64,000 nt of DNA from a virus: the IMG/VR virus record IMGVR_UViG_3300046787_000327, positions 32,001 through 96,000 of that record, one strand, 5' to 3'. Below the pieces are notes generated by a model. That model was given only the letters and a program-made list of their open reading frames with translations, ran no database searches and had not been told where the DNA came from. This document shows positions 42,160 through 51,143 of the stretch, piece after piece; position 1 is the stretch's first letter, and each line of letters opens with the position of its first letter. The translations under genes were made by a program, and so were the position numbers.

Positions 42160-42957
42160 ATGACAAAAAGTTTATTACAGCAGGTTATGTTAAAGAGAGC
42201 AGAGCAGCGGGAAAGTTTTGTAGACACCAAGGCTCTAATCGATAAAATTAATTCTGGGTACACTATCAATAGAATTGATAAGCACACACAGAAGAAAACT
42301 TTTGCTCCTTCAACAATTGCATACTCTCATGGAGAGTGTCCTAGATATTGGTACTTGGCCTTTGATGGTCAGACCTTCGAAGACAATGCAGATGCATACG
42401 GCGCAGCGAACATGACTGCAGGAACGAAGTCTCATGAAAGAATTCAGGAAGCCATGGCCAATGTGCCAGATGGATTCTTGGTTGACTCAGAATTTAAGAT
42501 TACTTATCCTGATCCACCAATCTTTGGGTACGGAGATGTAATGCTTAACTGGGAAGGCGAAGAACTTCTTGGTGAAATCAAGACAATGCTTAATGAAGGA
42601 TTTGAGTATCGCAAGGCAGCAATGAAGCCAAAGACTGGCCACCTCATTCAGTTGCTTATCTATATGAAGATTCTAAAGAAGGCAAGAGCAGTTCTTATTT
42701 ATGAGAACAAGAACAATCATGAACTACTGGTTTTGCCAGTAGAAGTAAACGATCATTACCGTCGGTGGGTAGACCAGGCATTTGATTGGATGCGAGAAGT
42801 TCGTAAGGCATGGGTAGATAGAACCATTCCTAAGAAGAACTATAGATCAAATTCAAAGATCTGTAAAACTTGTCCAATTCAAAAGGCTTGTGCATCAGCA
42901 GATGCAGGAGACATTAAGATAAATTCTCTGGAGCCACTGAAAGATGAAACACTGTAA
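42160..42957 (+). CDS. Cas4-like PD-(D/E)xK exonuclease
   Basis: CPR, H, GYGD, EIKT, QLLIY, CKTCP...C (four-Cys Fe-S pattern); promoter TGcTATACT 42126-42134. Confidence 0.8.
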   Translation: MTKSLLQQVMLKRAEQRESFVDTKALIDKINSGYTINRIDKHTQKKTFAPSTIAYSHGECPRYWYLAFDGQTFEDNADAYGAANMTAGTKSHERIQEAMANVPDGFLVDSEFKITYPDPPIFGYGDVMLNWEGEELLGEIKTMLNEGFEYRKAAMKPKTGHLIQLLIYMKILKKARAVLIYENKNNHELLVLPVEVNDHYRRWVDQAFDWMREVRKAWVDRTIPKKNYRSNSKICKTCPIQKACASADAGDIKINSLEPLKDETL

Positions 42958-43228
42958 CTGGTGCGATAAGCAATTTGAGACTGTAATTAGTTATCAGATA
43001 TACTGCTGTGCAGAGTGTCGTGACTCAGCAACAAAAGAAAAGATCGCTATGCGATACATACATATGCGTCGTCAAAAGAGGAAGGGTAAGGAACGCAAGT
43101 GCAAATCTTGTGGGAACAACCTTTCAATCTATAATGATGAACCTCTATGTATGGAATGTGTTATCAATCCAGTAGATGTAAATAAAACGCTTAAGCAGAT
43201 AAAGGGGCTTGTTAATGGTAAAGAATAA
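42944..43228 (+). CDS. Cys-rich zinc-finger protein
   Basis: CNWC, CCAEC, CKSC, CMEC. Confidence 0.65.
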   Translation: MKHCNWCDKQFETVISYQIYCCAECRDSATKEKIAMRYIHMRRQKRKGKERKCKSCGNNLSIYNDEPLCMECVINPVDVNKTLKQIKGLVNGKE

Positions 43229-43805
43229 GTGGGGTGTTGAAATACAACCTGAAAGAATATGTGCCATTGATGCTAGTACCAATAGTCTCGCCTATGCAAC
43301 ATTTCATGATGGGCACCTTAAAGAGGTTGGAAAGATCAACTTTGAGGGCAAAGATATCTATGAAAAAGTAATTGACGCAGGCAGAAAGTCTAAGGGGCTG
43401 TTTGAGCATATTGTTAATGTAGATGCAATTGTCATTGAGCATACAGTATTTATGAACAGCCCTAAGACTGCTGCTGATCTTGCACTAGTGCAGGGAGCAC
43501 TTCTTGGTGCAGCGGGTCAGTCTGGGATCAGAACTATTGGTAAGGTAGCACCTATTACTTGGCAAAACTTTATTGGTAACAAAAAGATCTCAAAGGATGA
43601 GAAACTTTTTATTAAGTCTCAACACCCTGGAAAATCTGATTCCTGGCTGAAGGGCTATGAAAGAGAACTGCGAAAGCAGAGAACTATTAACTTTATCAAC
43701 ATTCAGTATGATAAGGCTATTACTGATAATGATGTGGCAGATGCTTGTGGCATTGGTCACTGGGCTGTAAAAAACTGGGGCAAAGCAATCGGAGTTGACA
43801 AATAA
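43209..43805 (+). CDS. RuvC-like resolvase
   Basis: CAIDAST, IVIE, DVADACGI. Confidence 0.75.
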   Translation: MLMVKNKWGVEIQPERICAIDASTNSLAYATFHDGHLKEVGKINFEGKDIYEKVIDAGRKSKGLFEHIVNVDAIVIEHTVFMNSPKTAADLALVQGALLGAAGQSGIRTIGKVAPITWQNFIGNKKISKDEKLFIKSQHPGKSDSWLKGYERELRKQRTINFINIQYDKAITDNDVADACGIGHWAVKNWGKAIGVDK

Positions 43806-43809
43806 TACT

Positions 43810-43965
43810 ATGGCTGCTAAACTATATACAAGTGAAGCCTTTATGCGTAAGAGATATCTTATGGATAAGAAGACACCAGAGGAGATTGCAAAGGAGTGCG
43901 GATGTACAGTAGAAACTGTTTATGTATACCTTGCAAAGTTCGGTTTGAGAAAGAGTAAAAGATGA
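43810..43965 (+). CDS. Small HTH protein (not in ORF track)
   Basis: MAAKLYTSEAFMRKRYLMDKKTPEEIAKECGCTVETVYVYLAKFGLRKSKR. Confidence 0.65.
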   Translation: MAAKLYTSEAFMRKRYLMDKKTPEEIAKECGCTVETVYVYLAKFGLRKSKR

Positions 43966-44084
43966 ATAGACTTAAGAAGGCTTTGGTTGTTTCCACAATC
44001 GTTGGAGCAGTCGGAATTAGTTATGCCCTATACACACTTCGGGGCCTACCAGAAGCATTTGATTGGGTGGATGAAGATGAGTGA
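43962..44084 (+). CDS. Small single-TM protein (not in ORF track)
   Basis: MNRLKKALVVSTIVGAVGISYALYTLRGLPEAFDWVDEDE; ATGA coupling. Confidence 0.5.
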   Translation: MNRLKKALVVSTIVGAVGISYALYTLRGLPEAFDWVDEDE

Positions 44085-44319
44085 AAATTTAAACATTACG
44101 GTTGATCAAGTTAATCACCCGTCACATTACACTACTGACCCATCTGGTGTTGAGTGTATTCAGATTACTCGCCATCGTAATTTTAATATTGGCAATGCCT
44201 TTAAGTATCTTTGGAGAGCAGGCCTTAAGGATGAGTCTAAAACTATCCAAGATCTTGAGAAGGCAATCTTCTACATCAAGGATGAGATTAATAGACTAGA
44301 GGGTAAGTATGACAACTGA
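44077..44319 (+). CDS. DUF3310-family protein
   Basis: DQVNHPSHY...ECI...GNAFKYLWRAGLK...DLEKAIFY. Confidence 0.85.
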   Translation: MSENLNITVDQVNHPSHYTTDPSGVECIQITRHRNFNIGNAFKYLWRAGLKDESKTIQDLEKAIFYIKDEINRLEGKYDN

Positions 44320-44842
44320 AGAAGAGTTAGTTAAGCATCTTGACCAAGTAAATTTGGTTGTTGAAGAATATTTAAAGGGCAATGACCCAACACAGATTTC
44401 AAAGCAACTGACTATTCCAAGACAAAGAGTTGTTGCGTATATTGATGAGTGGAAGGTCAATGCATCTAACAATGCTGCTATTCGTGCTCGTGCAAAAGAA
44501 GCACTCGCAGGTGCAGACCAGCACTACGGCATTCTGATTACAAAATCTTATGAAGTTATTGATGAAGCATCTATGACTAATAATCTTAGTGCAAAGACTG
44601 CTGCAATTAAACTTGTTATGGACATTGAGTCTAAGCGTATCGATATGCTTCAAAAGGCTGGACTACTTGAGAACAAAGAGTTGGCTGATGAAATGGTACA
44701 GATCGAAAAGCGTCAAGAAGTTCTTGTTGGTATCCTTAAAGATATCGCATCTACTCACCCAGAGGTAAGAGACTTAATCATGAGAAGATTATCTTCTATC
44801 TCTAAAGAAGATGAAGTGATTACGGTAATCGCTGATGTTTGA
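44309..44842 (+). CDS. Probable terminase small subunit
   Basis: N-terminal HTH-like and helical; overlaps terL start. Confidence 0.55.
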   Translation: MTTEEELVKHLDQVNLVVEEYLKGNDPTQISKQLTIPRQRVVAYIDEWKVNASNNAAIRARAKEALAGADQHYGILITKSYEVIDEASMTNNLSAKTAAIKLVMDIESKRIDMLQKAGLLENKELADEMVQIEKRQEVLVGILKDIASTHPEVRDLIMRRLSSISKEDEVITVIADV

Positions 44843-46604
44843 TGATTTTCTAGAGGCACTTAAAGATAATAACTTTAAGGAGATGCCTGTCAATGCTAAG
44901 ACATTCGTTGAGGGTGAAGACTATCTAGGTCAGCCACCACTATCAGATGTCCAGTACGACATTGTAGAGGCCATGAGCCAGATCTACAAACTAGAAGATG
45001 TGATCGAAATTCTGGGGGAAACAGAGGGAACTCGCTACTACAAGAAGTATACAAAGAACGAAATCATCCTACAACTTGGTAAGGGATCTGGTAAGGACTT
45101 CACATCTACAGTAGCATGTGCATACATTGTATACAAACTACTATGTCTAAAGGATCCAGCAAGATACTTTGGAAAGCCATCTGGCGATGCTATTGATATT
45201 ATCAATGTGGCTATTAACGCACAGCAGGCTAAGAATGTTTTCTTTAAGGGATTCAAGACTAAGATTGAAAGATCACCGTGGTTTGCAGGAAAGTACAATG
45301 CCAAGGCTGAGTCGATTGAGTTTGATGATTCTATTACGGTTTACTCTGGTCACTCAGAGCGTGAGTCCCATGAGGGCTTGAACCTTATCCTTGCAGTACT
45401 CGATGAGATTTCTGGTTTTGCACAGGAAGTTGGAACAGGTAATGAGCAGGGAAAGACTGCTGACAATATCTATAAGGCATTCCGTGCTTCTGTAGACTCT
45501 CGTTTCCCAGACCTTGGAAAGGTTGCATTGCTATCCTTCCCTCGTTATCCTGGAGACTTTATCTCTCAAAAGTATGATGATGTTATTGCTGAGAAAGAAG
45601 TAATTAACTACACTCACAAGTTTATTATGAATCCAGATCTTCCAGAAGATGCTACTGGCAACTCTCTTGAAATCAACTGGGATGAAGACACAATTGTATC
45701 TTACAAGTACCCAGGGGTGTTTGCACTAAAGCGTCCTACATGGATTGTTAACCCTACAAGAAAAATTGATGACTTTAAGTTAGCATTCTACACAGACCTT
45801 GGCGATGCTATGCAACGCTTTGCTTGTGTTCCTACATACTCATCCGATGCTTTTTTTAAGCAGATTGAGAAGGTTCGCACATGCATGACACTGAGGAACC
45901 CACTTGATCAGTTTAGAAGATTTGATGAAACCTTTAAGCCAGATCCAGATAAGACATACTATATCCACGCCGACCTTGCTCAGAAGCATGACAAGTGTGC
46001 AGTAGCAATTGCACATGTGGATAAGTGGGTAAATATTCAGGTAATTAAAGATTACGCACAGGTAGCACCAGTAGTTGTAGTAGATGCAGTTGCATACTGG
46101 GAGCCAAAGGTAGAAGGTCCTGTAAACCTTTCAGAGGTCAAGCAATGGATTCAAAACCTTCGTAGACTTGGATTCAACATTGGTATGGTTTCATTTGACC
46201 GTTGGCAGTCATTTGATATCCAGAATGAATTGAAGCAGGTTGGAATGAGAACTGAGACTGTTTCTGTTGCTAAAAAGCACTACGAAGACATGGCCATGCT
46301 TGTGTATGAGGAAAGACTTGCAATGCCAGCAATTGATCTTTTGTTTGAAGAGTTGACAGAACTTAAGATCATGAAGAATAATAGAGTTGACCACCCACGA
46401 AAATCCTCTAAGGACTTAGCGGATGCTGTGTGTGGGGCAATCTTTGGGGCAATATCACATACCCCTAAAGACAATAATCTTGAGGTAGAGATTCATACTT
46501 TTAGGGATAGACCTAAAGTTGACAGCCCTATGTCAGGTGTGATAGAATATAAACCTATGCCAGATGATGTAAAAGATTATTTGGATAGATTCAATCTAAT
46601 ATAG
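44835..46604 (+). CDS. terL: Terminase large subunit
   Basis: LGKGSGKD Walker A, AVLDE Walker B, HADLA, FDRWQS, DHP...SKDLADA. Confidence 0.88.
   Translation: MFDDFLEALKDNNFKEMPVNAKTFVEGEDYLGQPPLSDVQYDIVEAMSQIYKLEDVIEILGETEGTRYYKKYTKNEIILQLGKGSGKDFTSTVACAYIVYKLLCLKDPARYFGKPSGDAIDIINVAINAQQAKNVFFKGFKTKIERSPWFAGKYNAKAESIEFDDSITVYSGHSERESHEGLNLILAVLDEISGFAQEVGTGNEQGKTADNIYKAFRASVDSRFPDLGKVALLSFPRYPGDFISQKYDDVIAEKEVINYTHKFIMNPDLPEDATGNSLEINWDEDTIVSYKYPGVFALKRPTWIVNPTRKIDDFKLAFYTDLGDAMQRFACVPTYSSDAFFKQIEKVRTCMTLRNPLDQFRRFDETFKPDPDKTYYIHADLAQKHDKCAVAIAHVDKWVNIQVIKDYAQVAPVVVVDAVAYWEPKVEGPVNLSEVKQWIQNLRRLGFNIGMVSFDRWQSFDIQNELKQVGMRTETVSVAKKHYEDMAMLVYEERLAMPAIDLLFEELTELKIMKNNRVDHPRKSSKDLADAVCGAIFGAISHTPKDNNLEVEIHTFRDRPKVDSPMSGVIEYKPMPDDVKDYLDRFNLI
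46519..46548 (+). promoter_or_regulatory. Strong sigmaA-type promoter inside the terL 3' end, driving the surface protein gene
   Basis: TTGACA-N18-TAGAAT with extended TG. Confidence 0.7.
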
Positions 46605-46618
46605 AAATAAGGAGCAAA

Positions 46619-48313
46619 ATGAATTCATTTAAGAAAATCGCCCTAGGTCTTGCTGCAGCAATGTCTTTTGGCGTAATGTCAGCACTTCCGACAAGTGCTG
46701 CTGTGAATGCACCCACTCTAACAATTGACTCAGCAACAGATGCTGTATCAACTGGAGAGTCTGCAACTGCAGTAGTAACCTTGTCATTTGTGTCACAAAC
46801 ATCAGCAGATACGGCAACAATCATCTCTGCAATGTTTACACAGCCAACAGGTTCAGCAAAGTCTGCAACCTTCTCACTACTTGAGACATCTACAGCAACT
46901 GCAGCAATCGCAGGTAATCGTGTTTCAGCAGATGTTAACTCAACAGTTAACACACCAACATATGTAACAGCAAAGTTCTTAGTAACTTTGGATACACCAG
47001 CGGTAGCAGGTACATACGAGGCTCGTATTCTTACTACAAGCCCAATCAACGGTCCATCAGTTACATGGACTGTAACAGTTAAGGCAGCGGATCTAACACC
47101 TGCAGCCACAACTACAACATCAATTCTTAATAAGGGTGAGACAGTCTCTGCAACAGCAGATGAAGCAGTATATGCTCCAAAGGCAACTGCAACTGATGCA
47201 TCAGCAGTTATTGCTGTTACACCTAAGAATGCAGCAGGTGGATCTGCAACTGAGTCAATTCTTGCAACTGTAACAGGTTCAGGACTTATCGGTTACGGAA
47301 CAAACCCTGCAACAATCTCAGCACAGGGTCGTGCACTTGTAATCCCAGCAGGGAACCACATTGGTGTATTTGCTGACGGTACAGCAGGAGTATCAACAGT
47401 TACTCTTACAACTCTTGCAGGTGCAGTAATTGCAACAGAGAAGGTCACATTCTATGGCGACATTGCTTCAATCGTTGCAACCCCAGTTAAGTCTGTTATT
47501 GCAACAGGCTCAAATGTTTCAGTGGTTAAGGCAGTTGCATACGATGCATCTGGCGTAACAGTTGGGGCAGGAACACTTAATGCTTACTCAAGCGATGTCT
47601 CTGTAGTATCTGATTCAGGTACAGCAGCAACTATCGTTAATGGTGAGGCAGTATTTACACTTACTGGTGTAAAGGCTGGTGGAGTTGCTCTTACAGTTAA
47701 GTCAGGAACAGTTTCTGCAATTGCAGTTCCAGTTCGTGTAGAAGGAACACTTTCAGCAGTTAAGATTGCATTTGATAAGTCTGAGTATCTTCCAGGAGAA
47801 GCAGCAACAATTACTGTAACTCCAGTTGATGCAGCAGGACTTCCATTGTCTGCAAAGACATATGCTAATCTGTTTGCAACAGGGGGAATCACTTCATCTT
47901 ACGCATTTGGATCAGGCTCAGATGTTCTAACTGGAGTTTCTGTAACAACAGACACATCAACAGTTAAGACATTCAAGGTATTCATGCCATTGACTGAGAC
48001 TGAAGTTAAGGTAACTGCAACTGGTGGAACTTCACTTCCACTTGCTGGACAGGTCGTAGTATCTGCAACAGCAAAGGTTACTAACAAGGCATCAGATGCA
48101 GCAAAGGAAGCAGCAGAGGCTGCAAAGGCTGCAACACTAGCAGCAGAAGCAGCAACAAAGGCTGCCGATGCAGCAACAGTAAAGGCTCAGGAAGCAGTAA
48201 CAGCAGTTGCTACTCTTTCAGCACAGGTTGCTACATTAATCTCTTCACTTAAGAAGCAGATTACATCACTTACCGCACTGGTCATTAAGATCCAGAAGAA
48301 GGTTCGTGCATAA
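46619..48313 (+). CDS. Secreted Ig-like-repeat surface protein (host-type, S-layer-like)
   Basis: Signal peptide MNSFKKIALGLAAAMSFGVMSALPTSA; Ala/Thr/Val beta-rich body; coiled-coil basic C-terminus LKKQITSLTALVIKIQKKVRA. Confidence 0.7.
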   Translation: MNSFKKIALGLAAAMSFGVMSALPTSAAVNAPTLTIDSATDAVSTGESATAVVTLSFVSQTSADTATIISAMFTQPTGSAKSATFSLLETSTATAAIAGNRVSADVNSTVNTPTYVTAKFLVTLDTPAVAGTYEARILTTSPINGPSVTWTVTVKAADLTPAATTTTSILNKGETVSATADEAVYAPKATATDASAVIAVTPKNAAGGSATESILATVTGSGLIGYGTNPATISAQGRALVIPAGNHIGVFADGTAGVSTVTLTTLAGAVIATEKVTFYGDIASIVATPVKSVIATGSNVSVVKAVAYDASGVTVGAGTLNAYSSDVSVVSDSGTAATIVNGEAVFTLTGVKAGGVALTVKSGTVSAIAVPVRVEGTLSAVKIAFDKSEYLPGEAATITVTPVDAAGLPLSAKTYANLFATGGITSSYAFGSGSDVLTGVSVTTDTSTVKTFKVFMPLTETEVKVTATGGTSLPLAGQVVVSATAKVTNKASDAAKEAAEAAKAATLAAEAATKAADAATVKAQEAVTAVATLSAQVATLISSLKKQITSLTALVIKIQKKVRA

Positions 48314-48327
48314 CTAAACCAACAACT

Positions 48328-48361
48328 AAGGGGGTTAGCCTAAGTGCTAGCCCTCTTTTTT
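48328..48361 (+). terminator. Rho-independent terminator
   Basis: AAGGGGGTTAGC-ctaagt-GCTAGCCCTCTT followed by a T run. Confidence 0.8.
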
Positions 48362-48418
48362 GTGCAATAAAATGGTATAATCATCCTATCAGACATCCTG
48401 TCTGCAAGGGGGAAGGTT

Positions 48419-50596
48419 ATCAAAAGATTAGCACTAAGATCAGCATTTATAACAGCATTTCTAGCCCTGTGGTTACTATTATTTCCACAGGATGCGGCTC
48501 ACGCTGATGAGATCAGTACTGTCCAAATAACCCCGTCAGAATCAAGCACAGTAACAGTAATAGTATTAACACCAACAGCCACTATTGAGGCAGCACAGAC
48601 TGCAATAACTCAGGCTGAAACTGCCACGGCAGTCATACAAACCCAAGTAGAAGCCATTACAGGACCTTTAGAGACCGTTACAGCCACTATCACACAGGCT
48701 CAGAACTCTATTACACAGGCACAAGCAGTAGTCGATAGTGCTATTGTGGCTCTCTCTCAGGTAGACGGTGCAACAGTTCTTGTTGCTGATGCCCAGGAAA
48801 ATCTTATTATTGCAGAAATAGCGGTAGAGGCACAGACAGAAGTGGTAGTAGATAAAATACAGGTGGTTGAATCAGCAACTGCCATAGTAAATGAGAACAC
48901 ATCCGCTGGCCTAACTATGACAGTTATCCATAATCCTGGATACAACAATGCCCCTCCACTTAATGTTGGCACAGTTGTTAGAGTAGTTACTGATACCAAT
49001 GGGATCAATGAGAATTTTGATGCTAATGCAAATTTAGTAATGGCAAATGATGACTTCAAAGTAAAATGGGAAGGTGTTTGGACACCAACTCATACTGGAA
49101 CAACATATCTATACGCACCCGCTGATGATGGAGTGCAGATATATTTAGATGGACAACTTATAATTAATGACTGGTTTGACAAGGGTGGTGGAGGATCCAT
49201 CGCTGGAGTCCAGACTGTTGCAGGAACAGGAAAAGATTTTACACTCTGGTACTATGAAAATGGTGGCGGTGCAAATGTTGTTTTAATGAAAAATACTGGA
49301 AACGGATGGTATGTAATTCCAGGATCTGAATTCAGCACATCTAGTGCTTCACCAGAACAAATAGAAACACTTCAAACAGCACAAACAAATCTTCAAATTG
49401 CACAAGCAACACTTGACATTCTTGAGGCAGACCTTACAGCAGCAGAAGAAGATTTAATTGAGGCAGAAGAAAACTTACAAGATGCTCAGGAAGATGTAAA
49501 TGTTGCAATGGAAGCAGTAGGCAATGCAATCTCTACTATGAATGCAAGTGTGACAGAAGCACAAAGTTTAGTTATGCAAACATTACAAGCAGAAGAAGCA
49601 GAAAGAGCAAGAATTGCTGAAGAAGCCAGACAAGCAGAGTTAGCAAGACAAGCAGCAATCGCTGCAGAAAATGCAAGAATAGCAGCACAACAAGCATACG
49701 AAGCAGAGCAGTCTAGAATAGCAGCAGAAGCAGCAAGAGTTAAGGCAGAAGCAGAAGCGAAGGCAGCAGCAGAGGCTGCAGCAAAAGCAGAGGCAGATAG
49801 AATTGCTGCTGAGGAAGCAGCCAAGAAAGCAGAGGCTGATCGTATAGCAGCAGAGGAAGCAGCAGCAAAAGCCAAAGCAGAAGCAGAAAAAGCAGAAGCA
49901 GACAAGAAGGAAGCAGAATTAAAAGCAGCAAAAGCAGCAGAAGAAAAGGCTAAGGCAGAGGCAGATGCTAAGTTAAAAGCAGAAGAGGATGCAAAGAAGT
50001 TAGCAGAACAAAAGGCTGCAGAAGAGGCTAAGGCAAAGGCTGAAGAGGACAAAGCAAAGGCAGAGGCAGAGGCTAAGAAGGCAGAACAAGACAAACTAGA
50101 TAAGTTAGCAGAAGAAGCCAAAAAAGGAAAAGAATTATCTACTGAAGAAAAAGCGGTAGTTGTAGAAGCATTGGTAGCAGATTTAAAGCCAGGAGAATCT
50201 ATCTCAGCAGCACAGGTAGTTGCATCTGGAGTTTCTTATGCAGACCTACCACCAGAGACACCCATTGAAGTAAGAACATCTGAGTCTGGTGAAGTTCTAG
50301 TTATTACAGCAGAAGTAGCAGCAAATGTTGAACTGGTTCAAGATCCAGGAGCATTGCTAGAAGCAGCATTTACAGACCCTGGAGCAGCCTTAGCAGCACT
50401 AGGAAGTATTGGGGCAGACATGACCCCAGGAGAAAGAGAAGAGGCAACCAACATGGTTGTAGCAACAGTAGTTGCCACAGGAGCAGCCCTTAATGCTGTA
50501 GGTTTGGCTACTGGAGGATCAGCACCCGCTGCTCCATCTGGTGGATCAACAAGTGGGGCAAATTCAGGTGGTTCAAGGAGGAATGAAAGATGGTAA
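48419..50596 (+). CDS. Secreted PA14-domain, coiled-coil, C-terminally anchored protein; inferred ATC start
   Basis: PA14 motifs DDFKVKWEG, ADDGVQIYLDGQLIINDW, YYENGGGA; AEA/KA coiled coil; the frame stays open upstream of the track start 48746 and encodes a signal peptide. Confidence 0.75.
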   Translation: MKRLALRSAFITAFLALWLLLFPQDAAHADEISTVQITPSESSTVTVIVLTPTATIEAAQTAITQAETATAVIQTQVEAITGPLETVTATITQAQNSITQAQAVVDSAIVALSQVDGATVLVADAQENLIIAEIAVEAQTEVVVDKIQVVESATAIVNENTSAGLTMTVIHNPGYNNAPPLNVGTVVRVVTDTNGINENFDANANLVMANDDFKVKWEGVWTPTHTGTTYLYAPADDGVQIYLDGQLIINDWFDKGGGGSIAGVQTVAGTGKDFTLWYYENGGGANVVLMKNTGNGWYVIPGSEFSTSSASPEQIETLQTAQTNLQIAQATLDILEADLTAAEEDLIEAEENLQDAQEDVNVAMEAVGNAISTMNASVTEAQSLVMQTLQAEEAERARIAEEARQAELARQAAIAAENARIAAQQAYEAEQSRIAAEAARVKAEAEAKAAAEAAAKAEADRIAAEEAAKKAEADRIAAEEAAAKAKAEAEKAEADKKEAELKAAKAAEEKAKAEADAKLKAEEDAKKLAEQKAAEEAKAKAEEDKAKAEAEAKKAEQDKLDKLAEEAKKGKELSTEEKAVVVEALVADLKPGESISAAQVVASGVSYADLPPETPIEVRTSESGEVLVITAEVAANVELVQDPGALLEAAFTDPGAALAALGSIGADMTPGEREEATNMVVATVVATGAALNAVGLATGGSAPAAPSGGSTSGANSGGSRRNERW

Positions 50597-50760
50597 AACT
50601 AATTAAGGATATTCTTGATCAGCAATGGACTCTCCTAGGCATGTTTATCGCTTGGGTTGTTTTGGACGGTAGTGCAAAAACAGTTGTTGGTTATGGAATT
50701 ATTATAACAATGATCACATGGATACTTAGTTATCCAATTAGAAATAGAGAGGAGGACTAA
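50590..50760 (+). CDS. Small two-TM membrane protein (not in ORF track)
   Basis: MVKLIKDILDQQWTLLGMFIAWVVLDGSAKTVVGYGIIITMITWILSYPIRNREED; SD AGGAGG; overlaps the PA14 gene stop. Confidence 0.7.
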   Translation: MVKLIKDILDQQWTLLGMFIAWVVLDGSAKTVVGYGIIITMITWILSYPIRNREED

Positions 50761-50762
50761 AT

Positions 50763-51062
50763 ATGAATAGTATCACAAACATTTGGAACATCCTTATGCG
50801 TATCGTTGCAGTATTTGCAGCAAACGCACTTGCAGTAATTGGAGCAGGAGCAATCGCAGGTATCTCAGTAGCAAAGGCTATGACGGTTGCTGGACTTAGT
50901 GCAGTAGCAGTTGTAGTTGAGAAGTTGGCTCGTGCATTTATGGATGACGGAAAACTTACAAGAGACGAGATTAACGCAGCATTTTCTACCACAGATAAAA
51001 ATGCAATAACGATACAAGATGTTGCAGTTGAAAAGCGCAGAGCACGATCAAAGGCAGCATAA
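50763..51062 (+). CDS. Two-TM membrane protein (holin-like size)
   Basis: Two hydrophobic helices, then DDGKLTRDEIN and a basic tail; SD GGAGG. Confidence 0.65.
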   Translation: MNSITNIWNILMRIVAVFAANALAVIGAGAIAGISVAKAMTVAGLSAVAVVVEKLARAFMDDGKLTRDEINAAFSTTDKNAITIQDVAVEKRRARSKAA

Positions 51063-51084
51063 TTAAGCATTAAAACACGCTTAC

Positions 51085-51136
51085 TTGACAGCCCCTTCTA
51101 GAACTGGTATACTTGATATATCGCACCTAGAAGGGG
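51085..51136 (+). promoter_or_regulatory. SigmaA-type promoter with its -10 element flanked by a 10-bp inverted repeat that covers the RBS
   Basis: TTGACA-N17-TATACT; CCCCTTCTAG (51092-51101) / CTAGAAGGGG (51127-51136). Confidence 0.7.
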
Positions 51137-51143
51137 TTCTTGC

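Noticed and set aside
42160-42957. Cas4-like gene as a sign of CRISPR-Cas
   Set aside because: No repeat-spacer array or other cas genes; solo Cas4-like nucleases are common in phage recombination modules
49486-50121. 211-aa minus-strand ORF and GCAGAA-type tandem repeats
   Set aside because: Shadow of the Ala/Glu/Lys coiled coil; repeats are codon-level, not a CRISPR or DNA repeat array
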